Assembly (NCBI GenBank): GCA_003504275.1
Contig: DOAO01000006.1
Span: forward strand, 66,588 to 130,587
DNA from: Patescibacteria group bacterium
Lineage (GTDB): Bacteria; Patescibacteriota; Minisyncoccia; Phycocordibacterales; UBA12445
Direction: 5' to 3'
Length of the DNA: 64,000 bases
Shown one piece after another: positions 8,654 to 18,071 of the stretch. The number at the start of each line of letters is the position of its first letter. Within the stretch, counting starts at the first letter, position 1. The notes beneath the pieces are model-generated. The model saw nothing but the letters and a program-made list of their open reading frames with translations. It was not told the DNA's origin and did no database searches. A program made the position numbers and the translations under genes.

Positions 8654-11196
8654 TGGAAAATCTATTTTTACAGAGTATAAAAGTCAAAGTATCCGAGTGG
8701 CGAGAAAACGGGTATCAAGGAGGCTTCAAGGAGAGCATAAACATTTTGAACTATGTGAAGCGTGTCGGCTTTTTACACGAGCCACAAATTGAAGCTCTTG
8801 AAACTTATATCTATATCAAGGAGGTTTTGGAAAATAAGCCAACGGGTGAAATTTTCAAAGACGCTTTTTCAAAGAAATCCGATTTGCTTCGTTCTCTTGG
8901 TGTGCCAGAGAGAAATATTTCGGACATTATGGAAGCCGATAATCGTGACGAGCAAATAACTGAAATCATTAAGGAAAAGTTTGGTTCTCAAGATTACGCA
9001 AATCAAGTTTATGCTCTTACAATGGGTTCGGGTAAGACAATTTTAATGGCGACTTTTTTAATATACGATTTCGTTCTTTCATACTATCATCCAGACGATG
9101 CACGCTTTGCAAAGAATGCTCTAGTCTTTGCTCCCGATACGACCATTATAGAGAGCTTAAAAGAGATAAAAACTTTTGATTATTCAAGGGTCTTGCCAAA
9201 GGAATATCAGAATATTTTGCTTAACATTAAGTATCACTACCTAGAGAGCACGGAAACAGGGCTCTCTCCGATTGGTAATTACAATGTCATCGTTTCAAAC
9301 TCGCAAAAGATAATTCTCAAAACAAGAAATAGTGATACGGACAATGGGGTAAAAAAGTTATTTGGAGATAAGGGGGAACTAGCAAAGCGTGAAGTAGAAA
9401 ATGCCCGTCTGCGTGCTATCCGAGAGCTCAATAACCTCATTATATTTGTAGATGAAGCTCATCACTCTTATGGTGTGAACCTTGAGGGTGCTTTGAAAAA
9501 GACACGCCAAACAATTGATTACTTGCACGGCAATACTCCGCTTGTGGGTGTTGTAAATCTCACAGGAACACCATATCTCAATAACAGGATGATAGACGAT
9601 GTTGTATATCACTTTGGGCTCAAACAAGGTATAGAAAAAGGCATCTTGAAACAAGTGAAGATATTGGATTTCGGAGAGGTCCGCTCGGAGATTTTCATTG
9701 AAGAAGTGCTCTCTACATTCTGGTCCGAGTATGGAGAAAATCGCCTCGAAGGTCGTCTGCCTAAAATGGCTTTCTATGCTCCTAATATTGATAATTTACA
9801 AAATGAACTCAAGCCTCGTATTGAGAGAATTCTCGCTGAGATGGATATACCTATTGATAAAGTCCTTGAGTATCACACCGAAGCAGAAGACAGTAAAGAT
9901 GAGTTTCGAATACTTGATACTATAGATAGTAAGAAACAGTTTGTGCTTCTTGTTGGTAAGGGGACCGAAGGATGGAACTGTCGCTCATTGGTTGCTTGTG
10001 CTCTCTATCGTAAGCCATCTAGCTCAATTTTTGTGCTCCAAGCATCTACACGCTGTATGAGGTCCATTGGAGATAATTCTACACGAGCCCATATATTCCT
10101 CTCAAAAGAAAACTATAAGGTATTAGATAAAGAGCTTAAGAACAACTTTGCTTCAAGCATTCAAGACATCAACAACCAAGAGCAAAAGAGCTTCGAGTTT
10201 GAAATTAAAGTTGAAAAGAAAAAGACCATCAAGGTAAAAAAGCTCATCCGAGATATTATTTCCACACAGGCAACAAATACAGACGATATCAAGATTGATA
10301 TTAAGAAATATAAACCAGAGAAATACGAGCACTATATCTTGGGTTCAGAACTTGTTGTAGATACTTCTGGCAAGGCAATTTTTAAGCACGATACGCTTGG
10401 CTCAAAGAAAATAAAAGAGAGTAATTCATATACCTATTATGAAATCGTAGAGCTTATCAATCGCTACACACATTTGCCATGTTTAGCGATAGGTAAATTA
10501 TTGGAAAATATCGGATTGTCTAGGAATGAGCTAGCAAGTAAAGTGAATACGAGTGTGGGGTTTTTACCCTTCATTATTCAATCTGTTCTTGAAACTGTTT
10601 ATCAGTATACGGAAACAGAAACAGCTACCGAAGAAGAAATTGAACTTACTAAAGAATACCCGTTTAAGATGAGCCGAGAGGAGGGTAAAAAAGCCCTTGT
10701 TGTATTTAAAGAAAAAGAGGAAGCAGACGGAGCTACAAGTCGTATCGGTTTTCATATCAACCCTTATAATTTTGACAGTAGCGATGAACGGGACCTGTTC
10801 CGACAATTCCGACAGCTTCTGGTAGATAAAGAGACGATTAAGGATGTTTACTTTAATGGTGGAGTTACTACCATTGCTCACAATGATTTTTATGTTGAAT
10901 ATTGGAACCCTACAGAACAGCGTATATCCAAGTATTTTCCAGACTTTTTGATAGAAACTGATAAGGGTCGTTTCTTGGTTGTAGAGGTAAAATCTGGGTC
11001 CGAAAAGACAGAGTATGAAGCAAACAAGAAACGCTACAATGGGACCAACACATCACTCTTTAATGAGGTATATGCTAAAGAGGTTGGCTTCCTAGATTTT
11101 CAAAAAGTGAATAAGGATTTTGAATACAAAGTCATCTTTGACGCTCACTTGCAAGAAAGACAGCGAGAGCTCTTTGAGATGATTAGAACTCTGTAA
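8653..11196 (+). CDS. res: Type III restriction enzyme Res subunit (SF2 helicase plus C-terminal PD-(D/E)xK nuclease).
   Basis: Walker A is TMGSGKTILMATF. The DEAH box is IIFVDEAHHS. The C-terminal segment YFPDFLIETDKGRFLVVEVKSG matches PD...D/ExK. Confidence 0.85.
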   Translation: MENLFLQSIKVKVSEWRENGYQGGFKESINILNYVKRVGFLHEPQIEALETYIYIKEVLENKPTGEIFKDAFSKKSDLLRSLGVPERNISDIMEADNRDEQITEIIKEKFGSQDYANQVYALTMGSGKTILMATFLIYDFVLSYYHPDDARFAKNALVFAPDTTIIESLKEIKTFDYSRVLPKEYQNILLNIKYHYLESTETGLSPIGNYNVIVSNSQKIILKTRNSDTDNGVKKLFGDKGELAKREVENARLRAIRELNNLIIFVDEAHHSYGVNLEGALKKTRQTIDYLHGNTPLVGVVNLTGTPYLNNRMIDDVVYHFGLKQGIEKGILKQVKILDFGEVRSEIFIEEVLSTFWSEYGENRLEGRLPKMAFYAPNIDNLQNELKPRIERILAEMDIPIDKVLEYHTEAEDSKDEFRILDTIDSKKQFVLLVGKGTEGWNCRSLVACALYRKPSSSIFVLQASTRCMRSIGDNSTRAHIFLSKENYKVLDKELKNNFASSIQDINNQEQKSFEFEIKVEKKKTIKVKKLIRDIISTQATNTDDIKIDIKKYKPEKYEHYILGSELVVDTSGKAIFKHDTLGSKKIKESNSYTYYEIVELINRYTHLPCLAIGKLLENIGLSRNELASKVNTSVGFLPFIIQSVLETVYQYTETETATEEEIELTKEYPFKMSREEGKKALVVFKEKEEADGATSRIGFHINPYNFDSSDERDLFRQFRQLLVDKETIKDVYFNGGVTTIAHNDFYVEYWNPTEQRISKYFPDFLIETDKGRFLVVEVKSGSEKTEYEANKKRYNGTNTSLFNEVYAKEVGFLDFQKVNKDFEYKVIFDAHLQERQRELFEMIRTL

Positions 11197-11200
11197 AAAT

Positions 11201-11389
11201 ATGCAAATATCAGACAAACATTTCTTGGAGTTTAAGAAGTTAATGAGAGATAAGGTGGGGGAGGAAAAATACAATAAAATGACAGAACAAGAACTCCTTG
11301 CAAGTGCAATCGCCTTAATAACTATGATGAAAGCGGTCTATAAACCAATCACAAAAGAGGCTTATGAAAAATACAAGAAAGCAAATTGA
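11201..11389 (+). CDS. Small hypothetical ORF downstream of res.
   Basis: 62-aa ORF with no clear ribosome-binding site. It overlaps the next small ORF. Confidence 0.25.
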   Translation: MQISDKHFLEFKKLMRDKVGEEKYNKMTEQELLASAIALITMMKAVYKPITKEAYEKYKKAN

Positions 11390-11562
11390 AGATAAAATGC
11401 CACAGTGTAAGGAGGCAGATTGCAATGAGCTATTAGTTGCTGATAATGACGGATATTGTCTTCGCCATATTTGTCCGCCTCCCATACCTTTGATACTTCA
11501 GTATCTTAATGAACAAGATACAAAGAAAAAAGAAAAGAATGAGGAAGTAAAATAAAAAAACT

Positions 11563-11802
11563 ATGGTCCATATATCTCCAGATACTGTTGAGAGGTTCAA
11601 ACAGATATTCAAAAGAGAATATGGTGTTGAATATTCTGATAGTGAAGCGTGGGAAGCTACTCATAATCTACTAGGGGCTTTTAATATTTTATTAAAAGAA
11701 GACAAAAAACAACATCCAGAGAATTATAAGAAGAAAATATATAGTGATGACGGAGGTGGGGTGATTATACAGACAAAATCTGATAAAATAATCTCGGAGT
11801 AG
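11563..11802 (+). CDS. Small hypothetical protein.
   Basis: 79-aa ORF with no motif. Confidence 0.3.
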   Translation: MVHISPDTVERFKQIFKREYGVEYSDSEAWEATHNLLGAFNILLKEDKKQHPENYKKKIYSDDGGGVIIQTKSDKIISE

Positions 11803-11836
11803 CCAGAGTTGATATTTTATAGCTTCGGTTATAAAC

Positions 11837-11982
11837 GGGGGTTGTGAATTAAGTCCGTCATCCGCCTCGTGCGGTGGATTTGTCCGAAAGGGCAGAGGGT
11901 AGCGGTGAAAAGCGATAACTGGCTTACGGGTGTATCAAGAGTGTTACTCTGACAAAGAACTTCCATCTGTGGGAGTTTTTTG
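11837..11982 (+). ncRNA. Candidate structured small RNA: a GC-rich ~145-nt segment ending in a T-run. Identity is unknown; a weak resemblance to an SRP-RNA helix-8 core is not convincing.
   Basis: GC-rich island in AT-rich DNA. It contains GUCCGAAAGGGCAGAGG with a GNRA tetraloop and ends GGGAGTTTTTTG. No coding potential. Confidence 0.2.
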
Positions 11983-12089
11983 TTTTATAATTACTTTGTT
12001 TTATCCGCTTCATACTCTCGCATAATGTGCATTAAGTAATCACACTCCTTCGCAAATTGGTTCCAAAATTGGCACCCTAAGTCCACAAA

Positions 12090-12115
12090 CAAAATCCGCT
12101 TTAGCGGATTTTTTA
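12090..12115. terminator. Bidirectional rho-independent terminator hairpin.
   Basis: AAAATCCGCTTTAGCGGATTTTTT: a perfect stem flanked by an A-run and a T-run. Confidence 0.6.
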
Positions 12116-12374
12116 GTGGGCCGTAAGTAAGCAAACTTCTTTGCTTACGTCAGGACTCGAAAAGGCTCTCCCTTATTTCTGAAGATTTTTTAATCTGAAG
12201 AAATGGGAAGCCTATACCGTCCCCGTAGGGGAAGAGTCCTACCGTACAGGACTCGAAAGCCGCAGTCGGGCCCCTTGCTGAAAGCAAGGGAGACGAGGCG
12301 GGGTCGCGAGTACTTTGATTTATGTAAGGCGAAGCCGATACAGAAAGCTTAGTAACTCGTGACCGAGTCCTGTT
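12115..12374 (+). repeat. Two tandem copies, the first degenerate, of GC-rich repeat family A. The terminal inverted repeats are CAGGACTCG ... CGAGTCCTG and one end resembles a tRNA 3' end.
   Basis: The core GGGAGACGAGGCGGGGTCGCG matches GGGAGCTGAGGCGGGGTCGCG at 33640 and its reverse complement in the 51226-51770 array. AGTGGGCCGTAAG...CGTCAGGACTCGAA parallels the inverted tRNA-Ala 3' fragment at 33463. Confidence 0.6.
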
Positions 12375-12408
12375 AAAAAATCAATCGATGTCAGCATAAA
12401 TAACTTTT

Positions 12409-12672
12409 TCAGTTCCCCTTGATTTTAAAATATCGTCTTAGTATTAAAACAACTCCCAAAGTAAAAAGCATGATGCCTAACACTTTATAATTAGTATGGT
12501 AATCAGTATACCCACCATAATTATCAAAGGGGTTGCATAGTCCCGAGCAGACATAATTAGCGGGGCGTAAAAAATTATATGAGAAAATTAAAACACCAAA
12601 GAGCACTAAACCATCTGGCAAATATTTTTTTATAATTGAAGGTAAGTTTTTCATATCTTTATTATTGTACAT
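12409..12672 (-). CDS. Small membrane protein (hypothetical).
   Basis: 87-aa ORF with two hydrophobic segments. Confidence 0.45.
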   Translation of the reverse strand: MYNNKDMKNLPSIIKKYLPDGLVLFGVLIFSYNFLRPANYVCSGLCNPFDNYGGYTDYHTNYKVLGIMLFTLGVVLILRRYFKIKGN

Positions 12673-12786
12673 TAATACGTGGCATAAGCCCAGGGTTGTT
12701 TGTTGTGTAATAAAACCCCCTGCCTTTTCCCTTCCCTCAAAACTTTTGCTATACTATTAAAATTAATTATTAGATAAAAGATATAT

Positions 12787-13461
12787 ATGGAGGTAGAAAA
12801 AACAAATAATAAAAACAAGATTATTGTCGCGGTGATTTTGGTTATTTTGGTGATAGGAGGCTATTTTTATTTTGGAGGCAATGATATGGGTGATAACGTG
12901 GCTGTTGTAAATGGTGAGAGTATATCCATGTCGACATACAATACTCAGTTAGACAGCGCTATTGCTCTATATAAATCGCAGGGCCTTGATATTACAAATG
13001 CGGACAATGTTTCTAGAATCAAAACAGAAGTTTTGGGTGGTCTTATAGATAATGAATTAGTATCACAAAAAATATTAGAGGCTGGAATAAAAATAAATTC
13101 AGAAGAAATAGAGAGACAATTCCAGTCAATTTTAACACAAACAGGTGGAATTGAGGGACTTAATGCTGAATTAGCTAAAAATAATATTACAGAGGAGCAG
13201 TTGCGAGAAAATATATCTAAACAACTTGCTGCTCAGGCATATCTGACACAAAATGTTGATATGAAATCAATAACCGTTAGCGACGATGAAGTTGTGCAAT
13301 TTTACTCAAATTATAGTAAGACCCAGGAGTCTGTACCGACACTAGAAGAAATCGGTGCTCAGATAAAACAGCAGATTGTTTTAAATAAACAACAGGCAAT
13401 GGTCAAAGAGTTTATTGCTTCTCTTAGGACAGGTGCAAAAATAGAAACAATAGCTATTTAA
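12787..13461 (+). CDS. Membrane-anchored SurA/PpiD N-terminal-domain-like chaperone protein.
   Basis: N-terminal transmembrane helix, then a helical region resembling the SurA_N / PpiD chaperone domain. No PPIase domain. Confidence 0.5.
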   Translation: MEVEKTNNKNKIIVAVILVILVIGGYFYFGGNDMGDNVAVVNGESISMSTYNTQLDSAIALYKSQGLDITNADNVSRIKTEVLGGLIDNELVSQKILEAGIKINSEEIERQFQSILTQTGGIEGLNAELAKNNITEEQLRENISKQLAAQAYLTQNVDMKSITVSDDEVVQFYSNYSKTQESVPTLEEIGAQIKQQIVLNKQQAMVKEFIASLRTGAKIETIAI

Positions 13462-13496
13462 ATATCTTTTTAGGAAAATTTATATTTTATTTTAAA

Positions 13497-13524
13497 AACC
13501 GTCCAAAAATTTTGACGGTTTTTA
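13497..13524 (+). terminator. Rho-independent terminator.
   Basis: CCGTCCAAAAATTTTGACGG hairpin followed by TTTTT. Confidence 0.6.
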
Positions 13525-13576
13525 AAAACACTCTTTATTTAGATGAATTTTCTTTTTTTAATGATAATATAAGTAT

Positions 13577-14065
13577 ATGAACCTTTTCTTGATGGTGTTG
13601 GGAATAATTGCGGGTATCATTGGAATAATTGGCAGTGTGTTACCAGCTCTTCCTGGACCATTACTAACTTATTCAACCCTCTTTATTCTCTACTATATAG
13701 GCGGAGAGAATTTAATGCCTTCTTATAACTTGATATATATAGGTGTAATTGCTGGTCTTTTGGTAATAATTAGCAATCTTATTCCTGTGGCTGCTACGAA
13801 AATAAGCGGTGCTTCTAAGAGTGGGGTTTATGGTTCTATCATTGGCTCAATTGTCGGTTTAATAATGTTCCCACCACTGGGTGTTTTCTTGGGTGCAGTA
13901 ATAGGTGCTACGCTAGGGGAATATTATGCCTTCAGTGATGTTAAGAGGTCTATCAGCGCAGGTGTAGGTTCCACGCTTGGCACTATCGCTGTTCTGTTTA
14001 TTCAATTTATTTTTTCTATCTCCGTTTTTGTCTATTTTCTAATTAAAGCACTCTCTTTACTGTAA
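13577..14065 (+). CDS. DUF456-like small integral membrane protein.
   Basis: The N-terminus GIIAGIIGIIGSVLPALPGPLL is typical of DUF456. There are four or more hydrophobic helices. Confidence 0.55.
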   Translation: MNLFLMVLGIIAGIIGIIGSVLPALPGPLLTYSTLFILYYIGGENLMPSYNLIYIGVIAGLLVIISNLIPVAATKISGASKSGVYGSIIGSIVGLIMFPPLGVFLGAVIGATLGEYYAFSDVKRSISAGVGSTLGTIAVLFIQFIFSISVFVYFLIKALSLL

Positions 14066-14093
14066 AAAAACCATAAAAAATAAGGGTTAAAAA

Positions 14094-14116
14094 ACCGCAC
14101 ATAAGCGGTTTTTTAC
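14094..14116 (+). terminator. Rho-independent terminator.
   Basis: ACCGCACATAAGCGGT hairpin followed by TTTTTT. Confidence 0.6.
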
Positions 14117-14198
14117 TTAATTCGAGCTCCTCTATTGCAACAATCTTAAAATAATTGTATAATGCATCGCTTTAATAAAATACCATGAAAAACGACAA

Positions 14199-14218
14199 TT
14201 TACCCGCCAAAATTTTTT
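14199..14218 (+). promoter_or_regulatory. Occurrence of the recurrent motif TTTACCCGCCAAAATTTTTT upstream of uvrA. Its partner AAAAATTTAGGAGGG lies at 14290-14304.
   Basis: The same CCGCCAAAATTTT core occurs at 20241, 25021 and, in reverse complement, at 45988. Confidence 0.35.
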
Positions 14219-14283
14219 AAAGACAAAAAATCATCGCAATAAAAAATAAGGTCGAATAAAAATAACTTAAACTTAAAAATAAT

Positions 14284-16881
14284 ATGGATAAAAATTTAGG
14301 AGGGCAAGACAAAATAAGAATTAAGGGGGCTCGAACACATAATCTAAAAGATATCGATCTCGAGATTCCTCGTGGTAAAATGATTGCTTTTACGGGTCTT
14401 TCTGGATCAGGAAAGTCATCCCTTGCTTTTGATACCATTTTTGCCGAGGGACAGAGACGCTATGTAGAATCATTGTCTTCTTATGCAAGACAGTTTTTGA
14501 AGCAATTTCAGAAGCCTGATGTGGATGAAATTACAGGTTTGTCTCCAGCTATTTCTATTGACCAAAAGTCACATTCTGCTAATCCACGTTCTACGGTCGC
14601 AACTATCACAGAAATATATGACTACCTCCGTGTTCTCTTCGCAAGGATAGGGTTACCTCACTGTCTTATTTGTAATGAGCCGATAAAGAAGCTTTCTACC
14701 GATGAAATCATTCAGTTTATAATGGAGAAAATAAATAATTCCGACCGAAAGGATGAGTTATCTCGTGTTCTCATTTTCTCACCAGTTGTTCGTGGTAGAA
14801 AAGGAGAATATTATCAGATGCTTTATGACTTTCTCGGTAAGGGTTTTTATAAGGCGAGGGTTGACGGTACGTTATGTCACCTCCGAGAACAAATAGTTTT
14901 AGACAAAAATAAAAAACACGATATTGATATTTTGGTTGATGAGATACCTGTCAGCGATTTTGGAGTTGATAATCAGAAGGTTAGAGACCGTCTCGCCGAG
15001 TCTGTTCCTCTAGCACTCTCTCACGCAGAAGATACGGTAAGGGTTATTTTTTCATATGATGGAGGTAAACTTCGTCTCACTGACCTTGGTAAAAAGTGGG
15101 AGGAATTCGCGATGTCTGCCAAATATACTTGTCCCAACGACGGATTTTCTTTTATTGAAATAGAGCCGAGACTTTTTTCTTTTAACTCTCCATACGGAGC
15201 GTGTCCCGAGTGTCATGGTATTGGTACTGAGTCTCTTTGGAGTGATGAGGTCTGTAAAGAATGTAATGGTCTCAGATTAAGAAAAGAGGCGCTACAGGTG
15301 CGAGTCGGTGGTAAAAATATAGTAGAACTTTCGTCTCTTTCCATAGAGGAAGCTTTTAGATTTTTTAATGAAATCAAGATGACACCAAGAGAGGTGGAGA
15401 TCTCAAAAGTTTTGACTCGAGAAATAAATTCAAGACTTAAATTTATGTTAGATGTTGGACTTAGCTACCTTTCTCTTGATAGACGTGCTGGTACTCTTTC
15501 TGGTGGAGAAGCTCAGAGAATCCGTTTGGCTTCACAGCTCGGTTCGCATCTTGTAGGAGCGCTCTATGTGCTTGATGAACCAACTATCGGTCTGCACTCT
15601 CGCGACAACGAACAGCTTATAAAAACTCTTAAGAGATTGAGGGACCTCGGAAATACAATAATCGTTGTTGAGCACGATGAGGATACTATTTTTTCTTCCG
15701 ACCACTTAGTAGATATTGGACCTGGTGCGGGGATTCATGGCGGTAAAGTTGTTATTTCGGGTGATACAGATGAACTTATAACAAATAGGAAATTAGCCCC
15801 CGTCGGCAAGTCTCTTACTCTAGATTATTTAAGGGGAGATAAGAAAGTACCTGTTCCGGAAAAAAGAAGAAATAAAGAAAAGGGTTCACTAAAGATATTG
15901 GGTGGTCATGCAAATAGCATAAGCGGATTAAATTTAGATATTCCTCTTGGAAGACTTACTTGCTTTACAGGTGTTTCTGGTTCTGGAAAGTCTACTCTTA
16001 TGTACGACATCATTCACAAGAATCTTGATGCGCGTCTAGAGAGGTGGAGAGGTTCTAAAGATCCGATAAATTGTAAAAACTTTATGGGCGCAGAGTATCT
16101 TTCTAGAATGGTGCTTATAGACCAGTCACCAATAGGTAGAACACCTAGGTCAAATCCGGCTACTTACACGGGCACATGGACCCACATTCGAGACATGTTC
16201 GCGGAGACGGTTGATGCTAAGGTTCGCGGTTGGAAACCTAGCCGATTTTCTTTTAACGTGAAAGGAGGTAGGTGCGAGACCTGCCAGGGTAATGGAATGA
16301 TAGGAGTAGAAATGCACTTTTTGCCGACAGTATATGTGCCATGTGATGTCTGTCTCGGTAAGAGATTTGATAAAGAAACTCTTCAGGTAAAATATAAGGG
16401 CAAAAATATTCACGATGTTCTCAAGACAACCATTGAGGAAGCAGCTGTTTTCTTTAAAGATATTCCTGCGATTTCAGACAGATTGGAGTGTTTGGTTGAT
16501 GTCGGTTTAGGTTATCTTGAGCTTGGACAATCCGCGACTACTCTTTCTGGAGGAGAATCACAGAGGGTAAAAATTGCTTCTGAATTTTATAGACCACACA
16601 CAGAGAAAACAATATATCTTTTAGATGAGCCTACTATTGGTTTGCATTATGAAGATGTTGGTAACTTGATCGGAATACTTCATCGACTAGTAAATAGGGG
16701 AAACTCCGTAATTGTTATTGAACACAATATGGATGTTATTAAAAGCGCCGACTATATAGTAGATATGGGTCCTGAAGGAGGGGATAATGGTGGGCAAGTG
16801 ATTGCGACAGGTACTCCTGAGGATGTGGCAAAAAATCTTAAATCCCATACGGGTAGATACCTTAAAAAGGCTCTTAAATAA
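14284..16881 (+). CDS. uvrA: Excinuclease ABC subunit A.
   Basis: N-terminal GARTHNLKDIDLEIPRGKMIAFTGLSGSGKSS. Two ABC ATPase modules with LSGGE signatures. Zinc-finger cysteines are present. Confidence 0.95.
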   Translation: MDKNLGGQDKIRIKGARTHNLKDIDLEIPRGKMIAFTGLSGSGKSSLAFDTIFAEGQRRYVESLSSYARQFLKQFQKPDVDEITGLSPAISIDQKSHSANPRSTVATITEIYDYLRVLFARIGLPHCLICNEPIKKLSTDEIIQFIMEKINNSDRKDELSRVLIFSPVVRGRKGEYYQMLYDFLGKGFYKARVDGTLCHLREQIVLDKNKKHDIDILVDEIPVSDFGVDNQKVRDRLAESVPLALSHAEDTVRVIFSYDGGKLRLTDLGKKWEEFAMSAKYTCPNDGFSFIEIEPRLFSFNSPYGACPECHGIGTESLWSDEVCKECNGLRLRKEALQVRVGGKNIVELSSLSIEEAFRFFNEIKMTPREVEISKVLTREINSRLKFMLDVGLSYLSLDRRAGTLSGGEAQRIRLASQLGSHLVGALYVLDEPTIGLHSRDNEQLIKTLKRLRDLGNTIIVVEHDEDTIFSSDHLVDIGPGAGIHGGKVVISGDTDELITNRKLAPVGKSLTLDYLRGDKKVPVPEKRRNKEKGSLKILGGHANSISGLNLDIPLGRLTCFTGVSGSGKSTLMYDIIHKNLDARLERWRGSKDPINCKNFMGAEYLSRMVLIDQSPIGRTPRSNPATYTGTWTHIRDMFAETVDAKVRGWKPSRFSFNVKGGRCETCQGNGMIGVEMHFLPTVYVPCDVCLGKRFDKETLQVKYKGKNIHDVLKTTIEEAAVFFKDIPAISDRLECLVDVGLGYLELGQSATTLSGGESQRVKIASEFYRPHTEKTIYLLDEPTIGLHYEDVGNLIGILHRLVNRGNSVIVIEHNMDVIKSADYIVDMGPEGGDNGGQVIATGTPEDVAKNLKSHTGRYLKKALK

Positions 16882-16979
16882 AAGTTCTTTCTTGTGTATT
16901 GATAAATCGTTAAATACGTGGTAGCTTTACATTTATTAAGTTTTTTGAAAATTAAAAAATAGAAAGGGGTGAGGGGGAT

Positions 16980-17441
16980 ATGTCGCAAGGAAATTGGAGT
17001 TTTGTTGATCTCGTCAAAAAAATGAATGACGAATTAGAAACAAAGGAAAATAAAACTAAGAAAGCAAAACGTTGCTATCTTTTTAAGGGAGATATTCTTT
17101 CCTATAAAGGCAAGAAAGTTTCTGGAGTAAAGATAGAGAATGAAGAAAGTTTTGTGATCATCTTTGACGAGGATATTCTTGTGGTGGAGTTGGATCAGGA
17201 ATACGAGAAAACGAATAGACCTCCGAGATACAGCCTTTTTACATCTCTTATAGATAATTTGAGAGGCAAGAAGGTTGTGGATACAGAATTGCTGTCAAAA
17301 GACAGTTTCAAGCTTGTTTTTGATGATGGAGATTCTTTTATTGTCAGAACAAAATTGATCAACGAAAAGTCAAAGGACAAAAATAGGACGCTTGAAGCCG
17401 TTTTAATTTCAAAAGACGGAAACAAAATAGTGCTGTTTTAA
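16980..17441 (+). CDS. Hypothetical protein with two tandem ~45-aa internal repeats.
   Basis: 153-aa ORF. The segment KGKKVSGVKIENEESFVIIFDEDILVVELD is repeated as RGKKVVDTELLSKDSFKLVFDDGDSFIVR. Confidence 0.5.
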   Translation: MSQGNWSFVDLVKKMNDELETKENKTKKAKRCYLFKGDILSYKGKKVSGVKIENEESFVIIFDEDILVVELDQEYEKTNRPPRYSLFTSLIDNLRGKKVVDTELLSKDSFKLVFDDGDSFIVRTKLINEKSKDKNRTLEAVLISKDGNKIVLF

Positions 17442-17460
17442 ATAAAAAAGGAGGTTTTTT

Positions 17461-17670
17461 ATGTTTTATTATCGTGAGACAAGACCCTGCCTTTGCAAAA
17501 AATGTGGTTCTGTTGTTTATGTGAATCAGGAATGTTGCAAAAAATGTAATAAAAAAATTGATGGCAACGAAAGATTGTTTACCCCAGAAAATAAAAGAAA
17601 TTTTAATTCGCTTCCAAAAGACCCGACGCTCACAGAAGAAATAACAGAGCTTTTAAAAATGATTATTTGA
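17461..17670 (+). CDS. Small zinc-ribbon protein.
   Basis: 69-aa ORF with CLCKKCGS ... CCKKCNKK. A strong ribosome-binding site, AAGGAGG, precedes it. Confidence 0.5.
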   Translation: MFYYRETRPCLCKKCGSVVYVNQECCKKCNKKIDGNERLFTPENKRNFNSLPKDPTLTEEITELLKMII

Positions 17671-17721
17671 AAATAAAGGAAGTGGATAATCTATTAAACT
17701 TTGAAGTAGGGAGGAAAATAA

Positions 17722-17934
17722 ATGTTTATAATCTTCATGAGAATAATGTACGGCATTGGTTGCCTGTTATTTTTAACAGGTATTTCAATCCAGACATATA
17801 GAGCGCTGAACGGATACATCAAATTCGAAACCAATCAAGTGGAGGTTGGTGAAAAGATAATGATAACTGGCGCACTTATTTGTTTACTGGTTATACTTAT
17901 CGCCTTACCCGGTATTTTGTTTGGGTTTGTTTAA
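17722..17934 (+). CDS. Small membrane protein.
   Basis: 70-aa ORF with two transmembrane helices. Ribosome-binding site GGGAGG. Confidence 0.45.
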   Translation: MFIIFMRIMYGIGCLLFLTGISIQTYRALNGYIKFETNQVEVGEKIMITGALICLLVILIALPGILFGFV

Positions 17935-17968
17935 TGTTTTTTAAGGAGTAGGAAAAACATCATTGGTT

Positions 17969-17999
17969 CGGCGTCTCTCACAAGGAGGCGCCTTTTTAT
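17969..17999 (+). terminator. Rho-independent terminator.
   Basis: GGCGTCTCTCACAAGGAGGCGCC hairpin followed by TTTTTATTT. Confidence 0.55.
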
Positions 18000-18071
18000 T
18001 TAGAAACAAACTTCCTACGGGGTAAATGGTATTGGTTTTATATCTTTCTGAAAAATTGATATACTTAATAC

